From positions 1,204,487-1,268,486 of the forward strand of contig CAVRKK010000002.1 of assembly GCA_963722385.1 (NCBI GenBank): a DNA stretch of 64,000 bases, given 5' to 3'. The DNA comes from an uncultured bacterium (GTDB lineage Bacteria > Babelota > Babeliae > Babelales > Babelaceae). This document shows positions 1-11,833 of this stretch, in pieces. The position numbers and the translations under genes were made by a program. A model generated the notes under the pieces. That model was given only the letters and a program-made list of their open reading frames with translations. It searched no databases and was not told the DNA's origin. Positions within the stretch are counted from its first letter, which is position 1. Each line of letters starts with the position of its first letter.

Positions 1-213
1 CATAAGAATCTCCTTTAATTAGATAAGGTACCCAACATCTTTCTGTCTATTATAAGCATTGTTTTCAATTTATCAAGAGGGCTTTGTCAACTGGCAGGGG
101 CTCCCGGCAAGCTGGGTATGAGTGTTTAAAGTTTTAAGCTAAACCGGTTTTGCTTTCTTAAAAAGTTTGGTTATACTTAATGAGCAATATAATTTTGCGG
201 TTTTTTGGAAATC

Positions 214-489
214 ATGAAAATACGTTTTCTTATTTTGATTTTCTCTCTCAATGCCTTTTGGCAAAGTCAAGTGGCTATTGCTCAGGCTCCTTCGGTCCAA
301 TCAGGCAACCCTGATTGCGGTTGCCAAGAATTTTATCGGGAAGAATGGATGGTCGAGAGCGTGCCTAACAAATTATTTGATTTTCTTGAGCGCCATGAAG
401 ATCAAGTAGTGCCTTTGGCTATCGTTGCAATGTTTAGCATTGCTCTCTATCAGTGCTATCAGCATTACCGGCAAGAAAGTGCTCGATAG
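214..489 (+). CDS. small hypothetical protein with signal peptide and C-terminal hydrophobic segment
   Basis: MKIRFLILIFSLNAFW..AIA signal-like N-terminus; ATG at 214. Confidence 0.55.
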   Translation: MKIRFLILIFSLNAFWQSQVAIAQAPSVQSGNPDCGCQEFYREEWMVESVPNKLFDFLERHEDQVVPLAIVAMFSIALYQCYQHYRQESAR

Positions 490-640
490 GTATAATTTGC
501 AAAAATTGGTAAAAATGGTATCTTAAATACTAAACCGTCTTAATGGTTTGAGCAAATCGTTTGTAGATCATCATTCCTTGCCGTAATTTTTAAGAAGCTT
601 AGGGTTAGGATTTTATATACTAAATATAGGGATTATTCAG

Positions 641-1021
641 ATGCCCACGACAAATCAGCTGTCTCGCGCTGAGCGAGTAAATGCAAAAATTAAATCGAAG
701 AGTCCGGCGCTTAAGGCTAAGCCGCAAGCGCGGGGTGTATGCTTGAGGGTTTTTACGCAAACGCCAAAAAAGCCCAATTCAGCATTGCGTAAAGTTGCCC
801 GCGTTAAGCTTTCAACGGGCCTCGAAGTAACCGCTTATATCGGCGGCGAAGGGCATAATCTTCAGGAGCACTCGGTCGTGCTTGTGCGTGGTGGCAGGGT
901 TAAAGATTTGCCAGGCGTAAAATACCACGTTGTACGCGGGGCGCTTGATACAGCTGGTGTAGCTAATAGAAAACAAGGCCGTTCTTTATACGGTGCTAAG
1001 CGCCCAAAGGCTAAGGAGTAA
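641..1021 (+). CDS. rpsL: 30S ribosomal protein S12
   Basis: [10 protein letters not shown] and RVKDLPGV motifs. Confidence 0.99.
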   Translation: MPTTNQLSRAERVNAKIKSKSPALKAKPQARGVCLRVFTQTPKKPNSALRKVARVKLSTGLEVTAYIGGEGHNLQEHSVVLVRGGRVKDLPGVKYHVVRGALDTAGVANRKQGRSLYGAKRPKAKE

Positions 1022-1030
1022 AGGTAGATT

Positions 1031-1516
1031 ATGGCAAGACGTAAAACAGTCTCTTTCATACGCGATATTGGCGCTGATGCTCGTTATGGATCAAGAGATA
1101 TTCAAAAGCTTATTAATGTCATCATGGAGCGGGGAAAAAAAGAGATTGCTCGTGGCATAGTATATGAGGCGTTTGATGTTTTAAAGCAGCGCGCTGGAAA
1201 TGATGAAGAAAAAGCCCTGCAGGTCTTCAGAAAGGCCCTCGACAATATAACGCCAGCTATTGAAGTTCGCCCTCGACGCGTAGGAGGCAGTGTGTATCAG
1301 ATTCCTACCGCCGTACATGCTCGCCGTGCGCAATCGCTCGCTATGCGCTGGCTTAAAACAGCGGCAGCAACGCGCCGTCAAGATAAAAGCATGGGTATGC
1401 GAATTGGCAACGAGCTTTCTGAAGCAGCCGAAGGCAGAGGAAATGCCGTGAAGAAAAAAATTGATATGCATAAGATGGCAGAAGCTAATCGCGCCTTCTC
1501 GCATTATTCCTGGTAA
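1031..1516 (+). CDS. rpsG: 30S ribosomal protein S7
   Basis: RRVGGSVYQIP, HKMAEANRAFSHY; str operon position. Confidence 0.99.
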   Translation: MARRKTVSFIRDIGADARYGSRDIQKLINVIMERGKKEIARGIVYEAFDVLKQRAGNDEEKALQVFRKALDNITPAIEVRPRRVGGSVYQIPTAVHARRAQSLAMRWLKTAAATRRQDKSMGMRIGNELSEAAEGRGNAVKKKIDMHKMAEANRAFSHYSW

Positions 1517-1525
1517 AGGTGTGAT

Positions 1526-3613
1526 ATGAGTATCCCTCTCGAGCGATTTAGAAATATAGGTATAGCAGCACATATAGATGCGGGCAAGACAACCGTTACT
1601 GAGCGAATATTATTTTACACGGGCGTTTCTCATAAAATAGGCGAGGTCCATGAGGGAGCGGCTACTACCGATTGGATGGAGCAAGAAAAAGAGCGTGGTA
1701 TTACTATTACGGCCGCTGCTATTAGCTGTGTCTGGAAAAACTATCAAATTAACATTATTGATACGCCTGGTCACGTTGACTTTACTATTGAGGTTGGTCG
1801 GTCATTGCGCGTCCTTGACGGTATGATTGCTGTTTTTTGTGGCGTAGGCGGTGTGCAGCCTCAGTCTGAGACCGTATGGAGGCAAGCTAATCGCTATCGC
1901 GTTCCTCGCATTATTTTTGTTAACAAGCTTGATCGCATTGGCGGTGACTATTTTAAAGTATTGAGCGATATCAATGCTAAGTTGCATGCTAATGCTGTTG
2001 CCATGCAGATACCTGTTGGTGCATCGGATCAGTTTAAGGGCATTATTGACCTGCTCAGCCGCAAAATGGCGAACTTTGGCGAGGGCGAAGATAGGGGAAT
2101 TACGATTACGTGGTCGGATGTGCCTTCTGAATATAAAGATCAGGTTGAAGAATGGCGCCTGAAGATGGTTGAAAAAGCTTGTGAAGTCGATGAGCGCCTT
2201 ATGGACAAGTTCTTAAACGAAGAAGAAATCACCGTTGATGAGATTAAGGCGGCATTGCGTAAAGGTGTTTTAGAGAGAAAAGTTACGCCAGCTTTTGCGG
2301 GATCGGCTTTTAAGAATAAAGGTGTCCAGCTTGTCCTTGATGGAGTACTTGATTATCTGCCCTCGCCATTGGATATACCGCCAGTTAAGGGAGAAAATCC
2401 ATCTACCGGCAAATTCGAAGAAAGAATTACTGATCCTAAGGCCCCCTTCGCTGGGCTCGTTTTTAAAATCATGACCGATCCATTTGTTGGTATGCTCAGC
2501 TTTGTGCGAGTCTATTCGGGGACGCTTAAGTCCGGGTCATACGTTTTTAACCCTATTAAAGGGGTTAAGGAGCGGGTGAGTCGCTTGGTGCGCTTGCACG
2601 CCAATAAGCGGGAAGAAATAGATGAGCTGAGTGCAGGTGATATTGGCGCCGTGGTTGGCCTCAAGGACCCAAATACGGGGGATACGATTTGCGATGAGCA
2701 AGCGCCGGTTCTGCTTGAAAAAATTGATATACCAGCCACGGTGATTTCGGCATCCGTTGAGCCTAAATCAAAGACCGATTATGAGAAAATGGTGGCGGGA
2801 TTAAGAAAGCTTATGCAGGAAGACCCTTCTTTCCAGTTTAGTTATGATAAAGAGACTGGCCAGACGGTTATTCGTGGTATGGGTGAGCTTCATCTTGAGA
2901 TCGTGCTTGATCGTCTTAAGCGCGAGCATAAGGTCGATGTAACCCAGGGCAAGCTTCAGGTGGCCTTTAAGGAAACCATTCAGAAGCCTGCTGAGGCTGA
3001 AGGGAAGTTTATTCGTCAAACGGGCGGGCATGGTCAGTATGGCCACGTGTGGCTATCAATCGAACCGCTTGAGCGCGGTAAAGGTTATGAGTTCGAAAGT
3101 AAGATTGTGGGGGGAACCATTCCGCGAGAATATGTCCCTGCTATTCAGAAGGGGCTCGATGAGGCGCGGCTTACCGGTATTTTAGGTGGGTACCCTGTGG
3201 TAGATATTAAGGCAAGCCCATTTGAGGGCTCTTACCATGAGGTTGACTCTTCTGAAATCGCATTTAAGATCGCGTCAATACTTGCTTTTAAAGCGGCGAT
3301 GGCCAAAGCGGATCCCGTCCTGCTTGAACCGATTATGCGTGTTGAGGTAGAGACGCCTGATGAGCATATGGGCGATGTCATGGGGGACTTGAACGCTCGT
3401 CGTGGCCGTATATTGGGCATGGATGCAAAGCCCGGTGGTCAAAGCATTGTTGCAGAAGTTCCGCTTGCAGCAATGTTTGGTTATGCGACGCAATTGCGTT
3501 CTATGACGAAAGGGCGAGCGAGTTACTCAATGGAGTTTCAATGCTATCGCGAGGTGCCAAAGCATGTTCAAGAAGAGGTACTGAGCGCAGCTAAAACATC
3601 ACAAGGCGGATAA
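1526..3613 (+). CDS. fusA: elongation factor G
   Basis: [26 protein letters not shown]; 695 aa. Confidence 0.99.
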   Translation: MSIPLERFRNIGIAAHIDAGKTTVTERILFYTGVSHKIGEVHEGAATTDWMEQEKERGITITAAAISCVWKNYQINIIDTPGHVDFTIEVGRSLRVLDGMIAVFCGVGGVQPQSETVWRQANRYRVPRIIFVNKLDRIGGDYFKVLSDINAKLHANAVAMQIPVGASDQFKGIIDLLSRKMANFGEGEDRGITITWSDVPSEYKDQVEEWRLKMVEKACEVDERLMDKFLNEEEITVDEIKAALRKGVLERKVTPAFAGSAFKNKGVQLVLDGVLDYLPSPLDIPPVKGENPSTGKFEERITDPKAPFAGLVFKIMTDPFVGMLSFVRVYSGTLKSGSYVFNPIKGVKERVSRLVRLHANKREEIDELSAGDIGAVVGLKDPNTGDTICDEQAPVLLEKIDIPATVISASVEPKSKTDYEKMVAGLRKLMQEDPSFQFSYDKETGQTVIRGMGELHLEIVLDRLKREHKVDVTQGKLQVAFKETIQKPAEAEGKFIRQTGGHGQYGHVWLSIEPLERGKGYEFESKIVGGTIPREYVPAIQKGLDEARLTGILGGYPVVDIKASPFEGSYHEVDSSEIAFKIASILAFKAAMAKADPVLLEPIMRVEVETPDEHMGDVMGDLNARRGRILGMDAKPGGQSIVAEVPLAAMFGYATQLRSMTKGRASYSMEFQCYREVPKHVQEEVLSAAKTSQGG

Positions 3614-3639
3614 TAGTTACATGTTGTTTGGAGATAACG

Positions 3640-4830
3640 ATGGCAAAAGGTGTATTTGAACGTACGAAGCCTCACGTTAATGTTGGAACTATCGGTCACG
3701 TTGACCATGGTAAGACAACCCTGACGGCGGCGATTACAAAGGTTCTTTCAAGCAAGGGTCTTGCAGAAGCGTTAAAATTTGATCAGATTGACAAAGCCCC
3801 TGAGGAAAAAGCGCGTGGTATTACGATTGCGATTTCTCACGTAGAATATGAATCTGCCAAGCGGCACTATGCGCACGTTGACTGCCCTGGGCATGCCGAC
3901 TACGTTAAGAATATGATCACGGGTGCTGCTCAGATGGATGGGGCAATCTTGGTCGTTTCAGCAGCAGACGGTGCTATGCCGCAAACGCGCGAGCATATTT
4001 TGCTTTCCAAAAACGTAGGTGTGCCGGCCCTTGTCGTCTTTTTAAATAAAGTCGATATGGTTGATGATCCTGATATGGTCGACATGGTCGAAGAAGAAAT
4101 TCGGGATCTTTTGAACAAATACGACTTCCCGGGCGACAAAATACCGGTTATTCGCGGATCAGCATTAAAAGCGCTTAATGGCGATCAAGGTCCGCTTGGC
4201 GCCGAAGCGATTATGAAACTGATGGACGCGCTGGATTCATATATTCCTGAACCTGTTCGGGAAGTTGATAAGCCATTCTTAATGGCGGTTGAGGGCGTAT
4301 TGAGCATCTCTGGCCGTGGAACCGTGGCTACCGGGCGTATTGAGCGTGGTCGTATTAAGGTGGGCGAAGAAGCTGAGATTCTTGGCTTTAGCGCGAATAT
4401 GAAAACAACGGTTACCGGTCTTGAAATGTTCCGTAAGAGCCTGAACGAAGGTGAAGCTGGCGATAATGTCGGGCTTCTTTTGCGCGGCGTTAAGCGTGAA
4501 GAAATTGAGCGAGGCATGGTGGTAGCCAAACCGGGCACCGTTAAGCCACACCGGAAGTTTAAGTGCTCTGTGTATGTCCTAAGTCAGGACGAAGGTGGCC
4601 GTACGACGCCATTCTTTACGGGTTACCGTCCTCAATTTTACTTTAGGACGACTGACGTGACCGGCAACGTGGCGTTGCCAGCAGGGCGTGAAATGGTTAT
4701 GCCTGGCGACAACGTTGATCTTAGCGTTGAGCTGATTGCGCCTATTGTTATGGAAAAGGACGTTCGTTTTTCAATCCGTGAGGGTGGTAGAACGGTTGGT
4801 TCTGGTGTAGTTACTGAAATTATAGAATAA
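3640..4830 (+). CDS. tuf: elongation factor Tu
   Basis: [20 protein letters not shown] at 3640 after GGAG RBS. Confidence 0.99.
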   Translation: MAKGVFERTKPHVNVGTIGHVDHGKTTLTAAITKVLSSKGLAEALKFDQIDKAPEEKARGITIAISHVEYESAKRHYAHVDCPGHADYVKNMITGAAQMDGAILVVSAADGAMPQTREHILLSKNVGVPALVVFLNKVDMVDDPDMVDMVEEEIRDLLNKYDFPGDKIPVIRGSALKALNGDQGPLGAEAIMKLMDALDSYIPEPVREVDKPFLMAVEGVLSISGRGTVATGRIERGRIKVGEEAEILGFSANMKTTVTGLEMFRKSLNEGEAGDNVGLLLRGVKREEIERGMVVAKPGTVKPHRKFKCSVYVLSQDEGGRTTPFFTGYRPQFYFRTTDVTGNVALPAGREMVMPGDNVDLSVELIAPIVMEKDVRFSIREGGRTVGSGVVTEIIE

Positions 4831-4844
4831 TAGGTTGTCACGCG

Positions 4845-5150
4845 ATGAAAAAGCAAAAAATTCGTCTGACCTTGCGATCGTTTGACCACCAGCTGCTTGA
4901 CAAAGCTGTCAGGCAAATAGTGTTGACGGTAAAAAGAACGGGCTCGCCTATGGTGGGTCCTGTTCCCTTGCCTAATAAAAGGCGCTGTTTTACGGTGCTG
5001 CGATCGCCTCATATAGATAAAAAATCACGTGAGCAGTTTGAATTAACAACGCATAAGCGTATTCTTGACATTGTCACGCCCTCAGATCAGACAATGGACG
5101 CGCTTATGAAGCTGAACATATCATCGGGCGTTGATGTTGAAATTAAGTGA
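4845..5150 (+). CDS. rpsJ: 30S ribosomal protein S10
   Basis: [14 protein letters not shown] motif. Confidence 0.99.
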   Translation: MKKQKIRLTLRSFDHQLLDKAVRQIVLTVKRTGSPMVGPVPLPNKRRCFTVLRSPHIDKKSREQFELTTHKRILDIVTPSDQTMDALMKLNISSGVDVEIK

Positions 5151-5156
5151 GGGATC

Positions 5157-5777
5157 ATGATCAAGGGTATTTGGGGTAAAAAAATTGGCATGACGCAGGT
5201 TTTTTCAGAGAACCAGGTCGTACCCGTTACCGTGATTGACGTTTCCCGTTGGCTTGTTATCCATATTAAGACGAAAAGTACTGATGGGTATAATGCGGTG
5301 CAGTTAGGCCGTGTGCGTGATGATTTTACGCTTGAGTCTTTTTCAGCAGAATGGCTCAAGGACGGCAAAAAATACTTTAGCACCGTTAAAGAAGTCTCGT
5401 TGCCTGATGAAGAGCATGCATTGGCCGTTGGTCAGGCTGCTGATATTGGTGACATTCTTGCTCAGGGTGATAATGTTGACGTGACGGGAATAACGATTGG
5501 CCGCGGTTTTCAGGGTGCTATGAAGCGCCACGGATTTTCGGGAGGACGAGCAAGCCATGGTTCTAAGCTTGGAAGGAAGCCAGGATCGTTGGCTGGTTTT
5601 AGGCGGCAAGGCCGTGTTCCACCGGGCAAAAAAATGCCGGGACACATGGGTGTTGAGCGGCGCGTCATGAGAAACTTAAAAGTGGTTAAGGTCGAGCCTG
5701 CGGCGCATATTCTCTTTATAGGGGGATCAGTGCCTGGTAAATCTGGATCGTTGGTATTTGTGCGTAAACGCGGGTAG
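5157..5777 (+). CDS. rplC: 50S ribosomal protein L3
   Basis: KKIGMTQVF, GRGFQGAMKRH, KKMPGHMG. Confidence 0.98.
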   Translation: MIKGIWGKKIGMTQVFSENQVVPVTVIDVSRWLVIHIKTKSTDGYNAVQLGRVRDDFTLESFSAEWLKDGKKYFSTVKEVSLPDEEHALAVGQAADIGDILAQGDNVDVTGITIGRGFQGAMKRHGFSGGRASHGSKLGRKPGSLAGFRRQGRVPPGKKMPGHMGVERRVMRNLKVVKVEPAAHILFIGGSVPGKSGSLVFVRKRG

Positions 5778-5780
5778 GAT

Positions 5781-6428
5781 ATGGTTAATCAAGAAAAGAA
5801 AGCGCCGATACAAAATATAAGCCGTGTCGTCTCATTGGAGGAGCTTGGGTATACGGCTGAGAATCCCGTCCTTGCAGATGCGGCATTTTCGGATTATGTG
5901 CGGGCTCTGATGCAGAATACGCGACAAGGTACGGTTGCGACCAAGACACGGGGTGAAGTGGCTTTTGCAAACAAGAAGCCGTGGAAGCAGAAAGGAACTG
6001 GCCGCGCTCGTGCAGGAAGCCGGCGTTCGCCATTGTGGCGCAAGGGGGGAGTAACATTTGGGCCCCAGGCACGCGTGAGAACGCTCAAGGTATCTCCTGC
6101 AACTAAGCGAAAAGCGCTTGCAGCACTCCTTCGGCAAGGTGTCGAGCAGGGTAGAATTATTTCGCTTAATTGGGCACTTGATGCTGACAGGCCAAAGACT
6201 GCGCTTGCTTATCAGGCGCTTAGGGATGCTGGTTTGCATGATAAGAGAGTTGTTCTCTTTATTGGGCGCGATGATTACCAAACGCAAGCCTCATTTAACA
6301 ACCTGAGCGATGTGTATATGCTCTTATTTGACCAGCCCAACGCGTACGCTTTGGCTTCCGGCGATTACTGGGTTTTCTTATCAAAAGATACCGAAGCTTT
6401 TAAAAATATGGTTGGCGCATGGATTTAA
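5781..6428 (+). CDS. rplD: 50S ribosomal protein L4
   Basis: [14 protein letters not shown] motif. Confidence 0.98.
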   Translation: MVNQEKKAPIQNISRVVSLEELGYTAENPVLADAAFSDYVRALMQNTRQGTVATKTRGEVAFANKKPWKQKGTGRARAGSRRSPLWRKGGVTFGPQARVRTLKVSPATKRKALAALLRQGVEQGRIISLNWALDADRPKTALAYQALRDAGLHDKRVVLFIGRDDYQTQASFNNLSDVYMLLFDQPNAYALASGDYWVFLSKDTEAFKNMVGAWI

Positions 6429-6739
6429 GTATTTATAATGTTATAAAAGGGCCTTGGGTCACATCTAAAGCATATGGGCTTAATCAGAAGCTGAAGCAAC
6501 TGGTACTTGAAGTTCATCCTCAGGCTAATAAGCCTATGATTGCTCAAGCGCTCAAAAAGCTCTTTAATGTTGAGATAGAGGATATTCGTGTCGTGCTTTT
6601 AAAAGGAAAGAGACGCCGCGTAGGCCGCCACACGGTGTTTGGCAAAAAACGCAAAAAAGCCGTGATAGCACTTAAGAGCGGGTATTCGGCCGATCTCACC
6701 GGTTGGACTTCCGCTGCTGAAGAAGCTCAGCGAGCATAG
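6419..6739 (+). CDS. rplW: 50S ribosomal protein L23
   Basis: ANK..IA.A...LFNV, KKAVIAL; operon order. Confidence 0.96.
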   Translation: MDLSIYNVIKGPWVTSKAYGLNQKLKQLVLEVHPQANKPMIAQALKKLFNVEIEDIRVVLLKGKRRRVGRHTVFGKKRKKAVIALKSGYSADLTGWTSAAEEAQRA

Positions 6740-6765
6740 ACGGTAAGGGAAAAGGAAAAACAACA

Positions 6766-7581
6766 ATGGGTATTATAGCAAGAAAGCCGCGAAATCCTTC
6801 GCTTCGGTTTCAGACGTTTGTCGATACGAGCGATATTACCAAGAAAGAGCCGGCGCGCCGGCTGGTACGCGGTATAAAAAAGAAAGGCGGACGCAATGCC
6901 TATGGTAGAGTAACGGTACGTGGTCGGGGCGGTGGTGCAGTGCGAAAGTACCGTATTATCGATTTTTCGCGTGTGGTGCGTGATCTACGCGGTCGCGTAA
7001 CCTCAATCGAATATGACCCAAACCGCAATGTGCGTATAGGGCTCGTGGCTTACGAGAATGGCGCGAAGCATTATATGCTGATGCCTCAAGGGTTGCAGGT
7101 TGGTGATTTTGTGATGGCCGGTCGCAATGCTGAACCCAAGATAGGAAGCAGCTTGCCGTTGCGTAATATCCCTGTTGGGTTTGTGGTGCATAACGTTGAG
7201 ATGACGCCGGGTTCCGGGGGCAAGCTTGCGCGGAGTGCTGGTGTGGGCATACAGCTTACAGCCAAGGAAGGTGATTACGCCACCCTTAAGATGCCATCAG
7301 GAGAAATACGCAAAGTTCATCTTGAATGTTGGGCGAGTGTTGGTTCGTTGGGTAATGCTGACCAAAAAAATATAACGCTTGGTAAAGCTGGGCGCACGCG
7401 CTATCTGGGATTTCGGCCGATTACCCGTGGTATCGCGAAAAACCCCGTTGACCACCCGATGGGCGGTGGTGAGGGACGATCTAAGTCTGGCAAGCATCCG
7501 CAATCACCTACGGGTAAGGGAAGCAAGGGAACCAAGACGCGACGTCGGGAAAATCCATTGATTCTCAAGAGAAGAAAATAA
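6766..7581 (+). CDS. rplB: 50S ribosomal protein L2
   Basis: IEYDPNR, NPVDHPMGGGEGR. Confidence 0.99.
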   Translation: MGIIARKPRNPSLRFQTFVDTSDITKKEPARRLVRGIKKKGGRNAYGRVTVRGRGGGAVRKYRIIDFSRVVRDLRGRVTSIEYDPNRNVRIGLVAYENGAKHYMLMPQGLQVGDFVMAGRNAEPKIGSSLPLRNIPVGFVVHNVEMTPGSGGKLARSAGVGIQLTAKEGDYATLKMPSGEIRKVHLECWASVGSLGNADQKNITLGKAGRTRYLGFRPITRGIAKNPVDHPMGGGEGRSKSGKHPQSPTGKGSKGTKTRRRENPLILKRRK

Positions 7582-7606
7582 GTTACGTTAAGTGGGGAAA
7601 TAAAGA

Positions 7607-7894
7607 ATGGCTCGATCTGCCAAGAAGGGTCCTTTTGTTGAGGAGTCACTTCTCAAAAAAGTGAACCGTATTAAAACATCTGGCAAAAGAGAAGTGATCA
7701 AGACATGGTCACGTTGTAGCATGGTTACGCCTGATTTTGTTGGCCTGACGTTCGCTATCCATGATGGCAAGCGGTTTATTCAGGTTTTTATTACTGAAAA
7801 TATGGTTGGGCACCGCTTGGGTGAGTTTGCTCCAACGCGTATCTTCCGGATGCATAGCGGTCAGCGTAAAACAGGTGCTGCGCCTGCCTCCTAA
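7607..7894 (+). CDS. rpsS: 30S ribosomal protein S19
   Basis: [18 protein letters not shown]. Confidence 0.99.
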   Translation: MARSAKKGPFVEESLLKKVNRIKTSGKREVIKTWSRCSMVTPDFVGLTFAIHDGKRFIQVFITENMVGHRLGEFAPTRIFRMHSGQRKTGAAPAS

Positions 7895-7983
7895 CGAAGA
7901 TATGAGAAAGAACATGAGAAGGCTAGTTGATGCTTGTGGGTAATTAGTGTAGAATGGTAATAATGCTTTTATAAAGGTTCGCT

Positions 7984-8328
7984 ATGTATTTTGTTGCAAA
8001 AGCTTCGTATGTTCCTTATTCACCTTATAAGCTCCGGCCTCTTGCTAATGTGATACGCGGTAAGCCTGTTGCCTATGCGCTTGGCTGGTTGCACACCTAT
8101 AAAAGTAGGCGGTCGCGACCATTAAGGAAGGCGCTTGAGTCTGCTGTCGCTAACGCTAAGCATTTAAAAAATATTGAGCCTCAAGAGCTTTCTATTAAAG
8201 AAGTTCGGATTGATCAGGGGCCGTTTTACCGTTATTTTAAGCCAGGTGCTCAGGGGCGAGCGGTTATTCAGCGTAAGCGGCTGTGTCATATAAGTTTTAC
8301 CCTTGAAGCTCGTCATCAGGAAGTATAA
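7984..8328 (+). CDS. rplV: 50S ribosomal protein L22
   Basis: SPYKLR..ANVIRG, SAVANA, AQGRA. Confidence 0.97.
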   Translation: MYFVAKASYVPYSPYKLRPLANVIRGKPVAYALGWLHTYKSRRSRPLRKALESAVANAKHLKNIEPQELSIKEVRIDQGPFYRYFKPGAQGRAVIQRKRLCHISFTLEARHQEV

Positions 8329-8347
8329 ATATTAAGAGGAATTAATT

Positions 8348-9001
8348 GTGGGACAAAAGGTTAACCCAATCAGCTTTCGGGTAGGAGTTTATCGTAGCTG
8401 GGATGCTCGCTGGTTTCCCCGTAGTGCAGCTGCGTATGCGCAAAATTTTTTCGAGGACTTAGAGATTCGAGAATTTTTTGAAAAGAATTTTGCCAATGCC
8501 GAAGTTGAGCATGTTGAGATTGAAAAGACTGGGGATGCTTTGCGTGTGGTAGTGCATGCGGCACGACCGGGTGTTTTGATTGGCAAAAAAGGCCAAGAAA
8601 TGGATGCGATTCGTAAAAGGCTTGCTGGTCGTCTCAACCGAGGCAATGTCGAAGTATCTGTCCAGGAGGTTAAAAATCCCGACCTCTCTGCTCAGCTTAT
8701 AGCACGGCGTATTGCCGATCAGCTTGAAAGACGCGGAAGTCATAAAAAAGCTATGAAAAAAGAGGCATCGGGAGCGATACGTGCTGGTGCCCAGGGGATA
8801 AAAATACGTGTTGCTGGTCGTGTAGGTGGTGCTGAAATTGCGCGTGACGAATGGGTGCGTATTGGCAAGGTGCCGTTGCATACATTGCGTGAGGATATTG
8901 ATTATGGCTTTCAAGAAGCGCAAACGACGTACGGCAAAATTGGCGTTAAGGTGTGGGTAAGTAAGGGAAAATTTAAATCTATCCGAGACGAAGCGAGGTA
9001 A
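8348..9001 (+). CDS. rpsC: 30S ribosomal protein S3
   Basis: [30 protein letters not shown] start. Confidence 0.99.
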   Translation: MGQKVNPISFRVGVYRSWDARWFPRSAAAYAQNFFEDLEIREFFEKNFANAEVEHVEIEKTGDALRVVVHAARPGVLIGKKGQEMDAIRKRLAGRLNRGNVEVSVQEVKNPDLSAQLIARRIADQLERRGSHKKAMKKEASGAIRAGAQGIKIRVAGRVGGAEIARDEWVRIGKVPLHTLREDIDYGFQEAQTTYGKIGVKVWVSKGKFKSIRDEAR

Positions 9002-9005
9002 TGCC

Positions 9006-9443
9006 ATGTTAATGCCGCGCAAAATAAAATATCGTAAAGTTCAAAGAGGCAACAGGGCTGGGCGTTCTAAGGGTGCCCGTGATGTTCAATTTGGCGAGTA
9101 TGGGTTACAGGCGCTTGAGCCGGTATGGCTGACGGCGCAGCAAATTGAAGCGATGCGGGTTACGATTTCACGTAAGCTTAAGAAAGTAGGAAAGCTTTTT
9201 TTGAGAGTTTTCCCCGATAAGCCAATTACCAAGAAGCCTGCGGAAACGCGTATGGGTAAAGGTAAGGGCGGCGTCGAACTTTGGGCTGCGGTGGTAAAAA
9301 GAGAACGCGTCATATGCGAGGTTGGCGGCCTTGATGAGGCGACTGCCAAGGAAGTATTGCGTTCAGCAGCTTATAAGCTTCCTATGAAAACCCGTATTGT
9401 TAAAAAAGAGGCGGCATCAATTGCCCCCGAGGCAGGTGTGTGA
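9006..9443 (+). CDS. rplP: 50S ribosomal protein L16
   Basis: [12 protein letters not shown]. Confidence 0.99.
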   Translation: MLMPRKIKYRKVQRGNRAGRSKGARDVQFGEYGLQALEPVWLTAQQIEAMRVTISRKLKKVGKLFLRVFPDKPITKKPAETRMGKGKGGVELWAAVVKRERVICEVGGLDEATAKEVLRSAAYKLPMKTRIVKKEAASIAPEAGV

Positions 9444-9658
9444 TGAAGGTTAAGCTACTTAAGGAAGAGCTGAAACAGCTTTCGGTTAGTGACCTTGAGG
9501 CTCGTATTGAGGAGTTTCGACGGGAGCTTTTAACCCTGCGTTTGCAGGCGGCAACGTCGCCGGTCAAGTCATTGGCTTCGACCAAGCGCGGTCTGCAATA
9601 TGCAATTGCATGCGGATTGACGTTTTTAAATCAAAAGAGTAAAGCAATGAGTGTATGA
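9443..9658 (+). CDS. rpmC: 50S ribosomal protein L29
   Basis: size, position between rplP and rpsQ, EL..LRLQ pattern. Confidence 0.9.
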   Translation: MKVKLLKEELKQLSVSDLEARIEEFRRELLTLRLQAATSPVKSLASTKRGLQYAIACGLTFLNQKSKAMSV

Positions 9659-9957
9659 TGGAAGAGCAACGTACAATAAGCTCTGAGACGGCTGAGAAAA
9701 AGCATGTGCTGATCGGCAAAGTTGTCTCAGACAAAATGACTAAAACGGTTGTTGTCCGCGTAGAAAGGACGTACCTTCACCCGCGCTTGAAAAAAGTGGT
9801 GCGTACGAGCAAGAGCTATAAAGTGCATGATGAGCATGCAAGGGCGCACAAGGGTGACGTCGTTAAGATTTATGAAGGGCGGCCGCAATCGAAGACTAAA
9901 TATATGTATTTGGCCGAGGTGATCCAAGCGGTTAGCTCGCCAGATACGACAACGTAG
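9655..9957 (+). CDS. rpsQ: 30S ribosomal protein S17
   Basis: [24 protein letters not shown]. Confidence 0.98.
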   Translation: MMEEQRTISSETAEKKHVLIGKVVSDKMTKTVVVRVERTYLHPRLKKVVRTSKSYKVHDEHARAHKGDVVKIYEGRPQSKTKYMYLAEVIQAVSSPDTTT

Positions 9958-9967
9958 AGGTAGCGCT

Positions 9968-10339
9968 ATGATTCAAAAGGAATCATCTTTAGAGGTTGCT
10001 GATAATTCTGGGGCAAAATTGTTAAAGTGCATTCACCTTGTGGGCAGCACTGGCAAAAGGTTTGCCCGTATTGGTGATCTGATTCGGTGTTCGGTAAAGA
10101 GCGCTATTCCTGGAGGCCAAGTTAAAAAGGGCGATGTTGTTACGGCCGTGATTGTGCGTACCGTTAAAGAATTTCGCCGTGAGGACGGGAGTTATATTCG
10201 GTTTGGCGAGAATGCTGCAGTTCTTATCAAATCGGTTGATGATCTTACGCCGCTTGGTACACGTATTTTTGGTCCGATAGCACGTGAAATTAAAGCTATC
10301 AGTCCGAAGATACCTTCGTTAGCGCCTGAAGTATTGTAA
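9968..10339 (+). CDS. rplN: 50S ribosomal protein L14
   Basis: [22 protein letters not shown]. Confidence 0.99.
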   Translation: MIQKESSLEVADNSGAKLLKCIHLVGSTGKRFARIGDLIRCSVKSAIPGGQVKKGDVVTAVIVRTVKEFRREDGSYIRFGENAAVLIKSVDDLTPLGTRIFGPIAREIKAISPKIPSLAPEVL

Positions 10340-10351
10340 GGATATTGTTAT

Positions 10352-10666
10352 ATGATGCGCGTAAGAAAAAATGATACGGTGGTGGTTTTGACCGGTAAAG
10401 ACAGAGGCAAGCGTGGTAAAGTGTTGGCGGTGAATCCTACGACGGGCAGGGTGATGGTCCAAGGCGTAGCAATCGTGACGCGTCATACGAAAGCACGTCG
10501 TATGGGTGAAACTTCTGGTATTCGTAAGAAAGAAGCTTTTATTGATCTGTCAAAGGTTATGCCTTTTTGTGCTGCTTGTCAGAAGCCAAGCCGTGTTAAC
10601 TTTAAAGTTTCTGACGATCGGGCGCACAAAGTGCGCATATGCAATCGATGTAAGGGTACATTATAA
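10352..10666 (+). CDS. rplX: 50S ribosomal protein L24
   Basis: DTVVVLTGKDRGKRGKV KOW motif; two CxxC pairs. Confidence 0.98.
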   Translation: MMRVRKNDTVVVLTGKDRGKRGKVLAVNPTTGRVMVQGVAIVTRHTKARRMGETSGIRKKEAFIDLSKVMPFCAACQKPSRVNFKVSDDRAHKVRICNRCKGTL

Positions 10667-10675
10667 AGGATAACT

Positions 10676-11215
10676 ATGCCAAAGCCTCGTTTAGAAGAGC
10701 TTTATGTAAAAACTATTAGGCCTGAATTAAAAGAAAAGCTTAAGCTTAATATTATGGAAGTGCCTAAGATTACCAAGATTGTATTGAACGTTGGGGTCAA
10801 GGAAGCAGTGGCTGATAGCAGAGCGCTGCAATCGGTTGCGCAGGTTCTTGGATTGATTGCTGCTCAGGCACCGGTCAGACGGGCTGCGCGGAAGTCTATT
10901 GCGGGATTTAAGATTCGCGAGGGCATGCAGCTTGGTGTTATGGTAACGTTGCGCGGTCAACGCATGTATAGCTTTCTTGATAAACTTATTAGTTTGGCAT
11001 TGCCAAAGGTCCGTGATTTTCATGGAGTGCCGACGCGCTTTGATGGCCGCGGTAATTATAATTTAGGAATTAAAGATTGGACCGTCTTTCCAGAGGCTGA
11101 TTCTTTGTCGGCTGATAAAAGCCATGGCATGAATATTACCATCGCAACGTCAGCAATAAGCGACGAGCATGGGTTGGAGCTTCTGAAGAGTTTTGGCATG
11201 CCGTTTCAAAAATAA
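10676..11215 (+). CDS. rplE: 50S ribosomal protein L5
   Basis: [21 protein letters not shown]. Confidence 0.99.
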   Translation: MPKPRLEELYVKTIRPELKEKLKLNIMEVPKITKIVLNVGVKEAVADSRALQSVAQVLGLIAAQAPVRRAARKSIAGFKIREGMQLGVMVTLRGQRMYSFLDKLISLALPKVRDFHGVPTRFDGRGNYNLGIKDWTVFPEADSLSADKSHGMNITIATSAISDEHGLELLKSFGMPFQK

Positions 11216-11232
11216 TAAAGCAAGGAATATTC

Positions 11233-11418
11233 ATGGCTCGTAAAGCTCTTATAGAAAAATCAAGACAGACGCCGAAATTTAAGGTTCAGCATAGAAACCG
11301 CTGTATGCTCTGCGGCAGGCCTCGTGGCTACATCCGAATTTTTAAAATGTGCCGGCTCTGTTTTCGCCATAATGCGTCGTTCGGGCTGCTTCCCGGTGTC
11401 AAGAAAACTAGTTGGTAA
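11233..11418 (+). CDS. rpsN: 30S ribosomal protein S14, zinc-binding (C+) type
   Basis: 61 aa, CMLCGR...CRLCFR. Confidence 0.98.
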   Translation: MARKALIEKSRQTPKFKVQHRNRCMLCGRPRGYIRIFKMCRLCFRHNASFGLLPGVKKTSW

Positions 11419-11433
11419 CGAGAGAGGATTGTA

Positions 11434-11826
11434 ATGTCAGTTGATGCGATTGGTGATTTTTTAACGATTATTCGCAATGGGATTAGGGCTTCGCGCCCCT
11501 CAGTGAAGGCCCCTTATTCAAAGCTCAAACATCAGATAGGGACAATTCTCAAGGATGAAGGCTTTATTCGCGATGTTGTTGTTGAGGGCGAAGGGCCTGC
11601 GCGAACTATTAAGATTTTATTGAAGTATGTTGGTGGTGAATCGGTCGTTCATAATATTCGGCGCTTAAGTAGGCCTGGCCTCCGTGTGTACGAGGGGTAC
11701 CGAACCTTCCAACCGGTTATTGGTGGCTTGGGTATCTCAATTGTGACAACAAGCCAAGGGATTATGACCGACAAGAAGGCGCGCGAGGCTGCGCTTGGCG
11801 GCGAAATAATCTGTACAGTGTGGTAG
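11434..11826 (+). CDS. rpsH: 30S ribosomal protein S8
   Basis: DFLTIIRN, SRPGLRVY, GGEIIC. Confidence 0.99.
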   Translation: MSVDAIGDFLTIIRNGIRASRPSVKAPYSKLKHQIGTILKDEGFIRDVVVEGEGPARTIKILLKYVGGESVVHNIRRLSRPGLRVYEGYRTFQPVIGGLGISIVTTSQGIMTDKKAREAALGGEIICTVW

Positions 11827-11833
11827 GTGTGGT

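Noticed and set aside
1..15. Start (CAT plus RBS complement CTCCTT) of a minus-strand gene at the window edge
   Set aside because: The coding sequence lies outside the window and cannot be described.
3640..4830. Functional linkage between tuf and the EF-Tu-dependent toxin
   Set aside because: tuf is in its normal operon ~34 kb away, so co-occurrence in the window is incidental.
7895..7983. Mini-ORF and ATGAGAA repeat in the rpsS-rplV gap
   Set aside because: 13 codons, no clear RBS or homology, and the repeat is too short to be meaningful.
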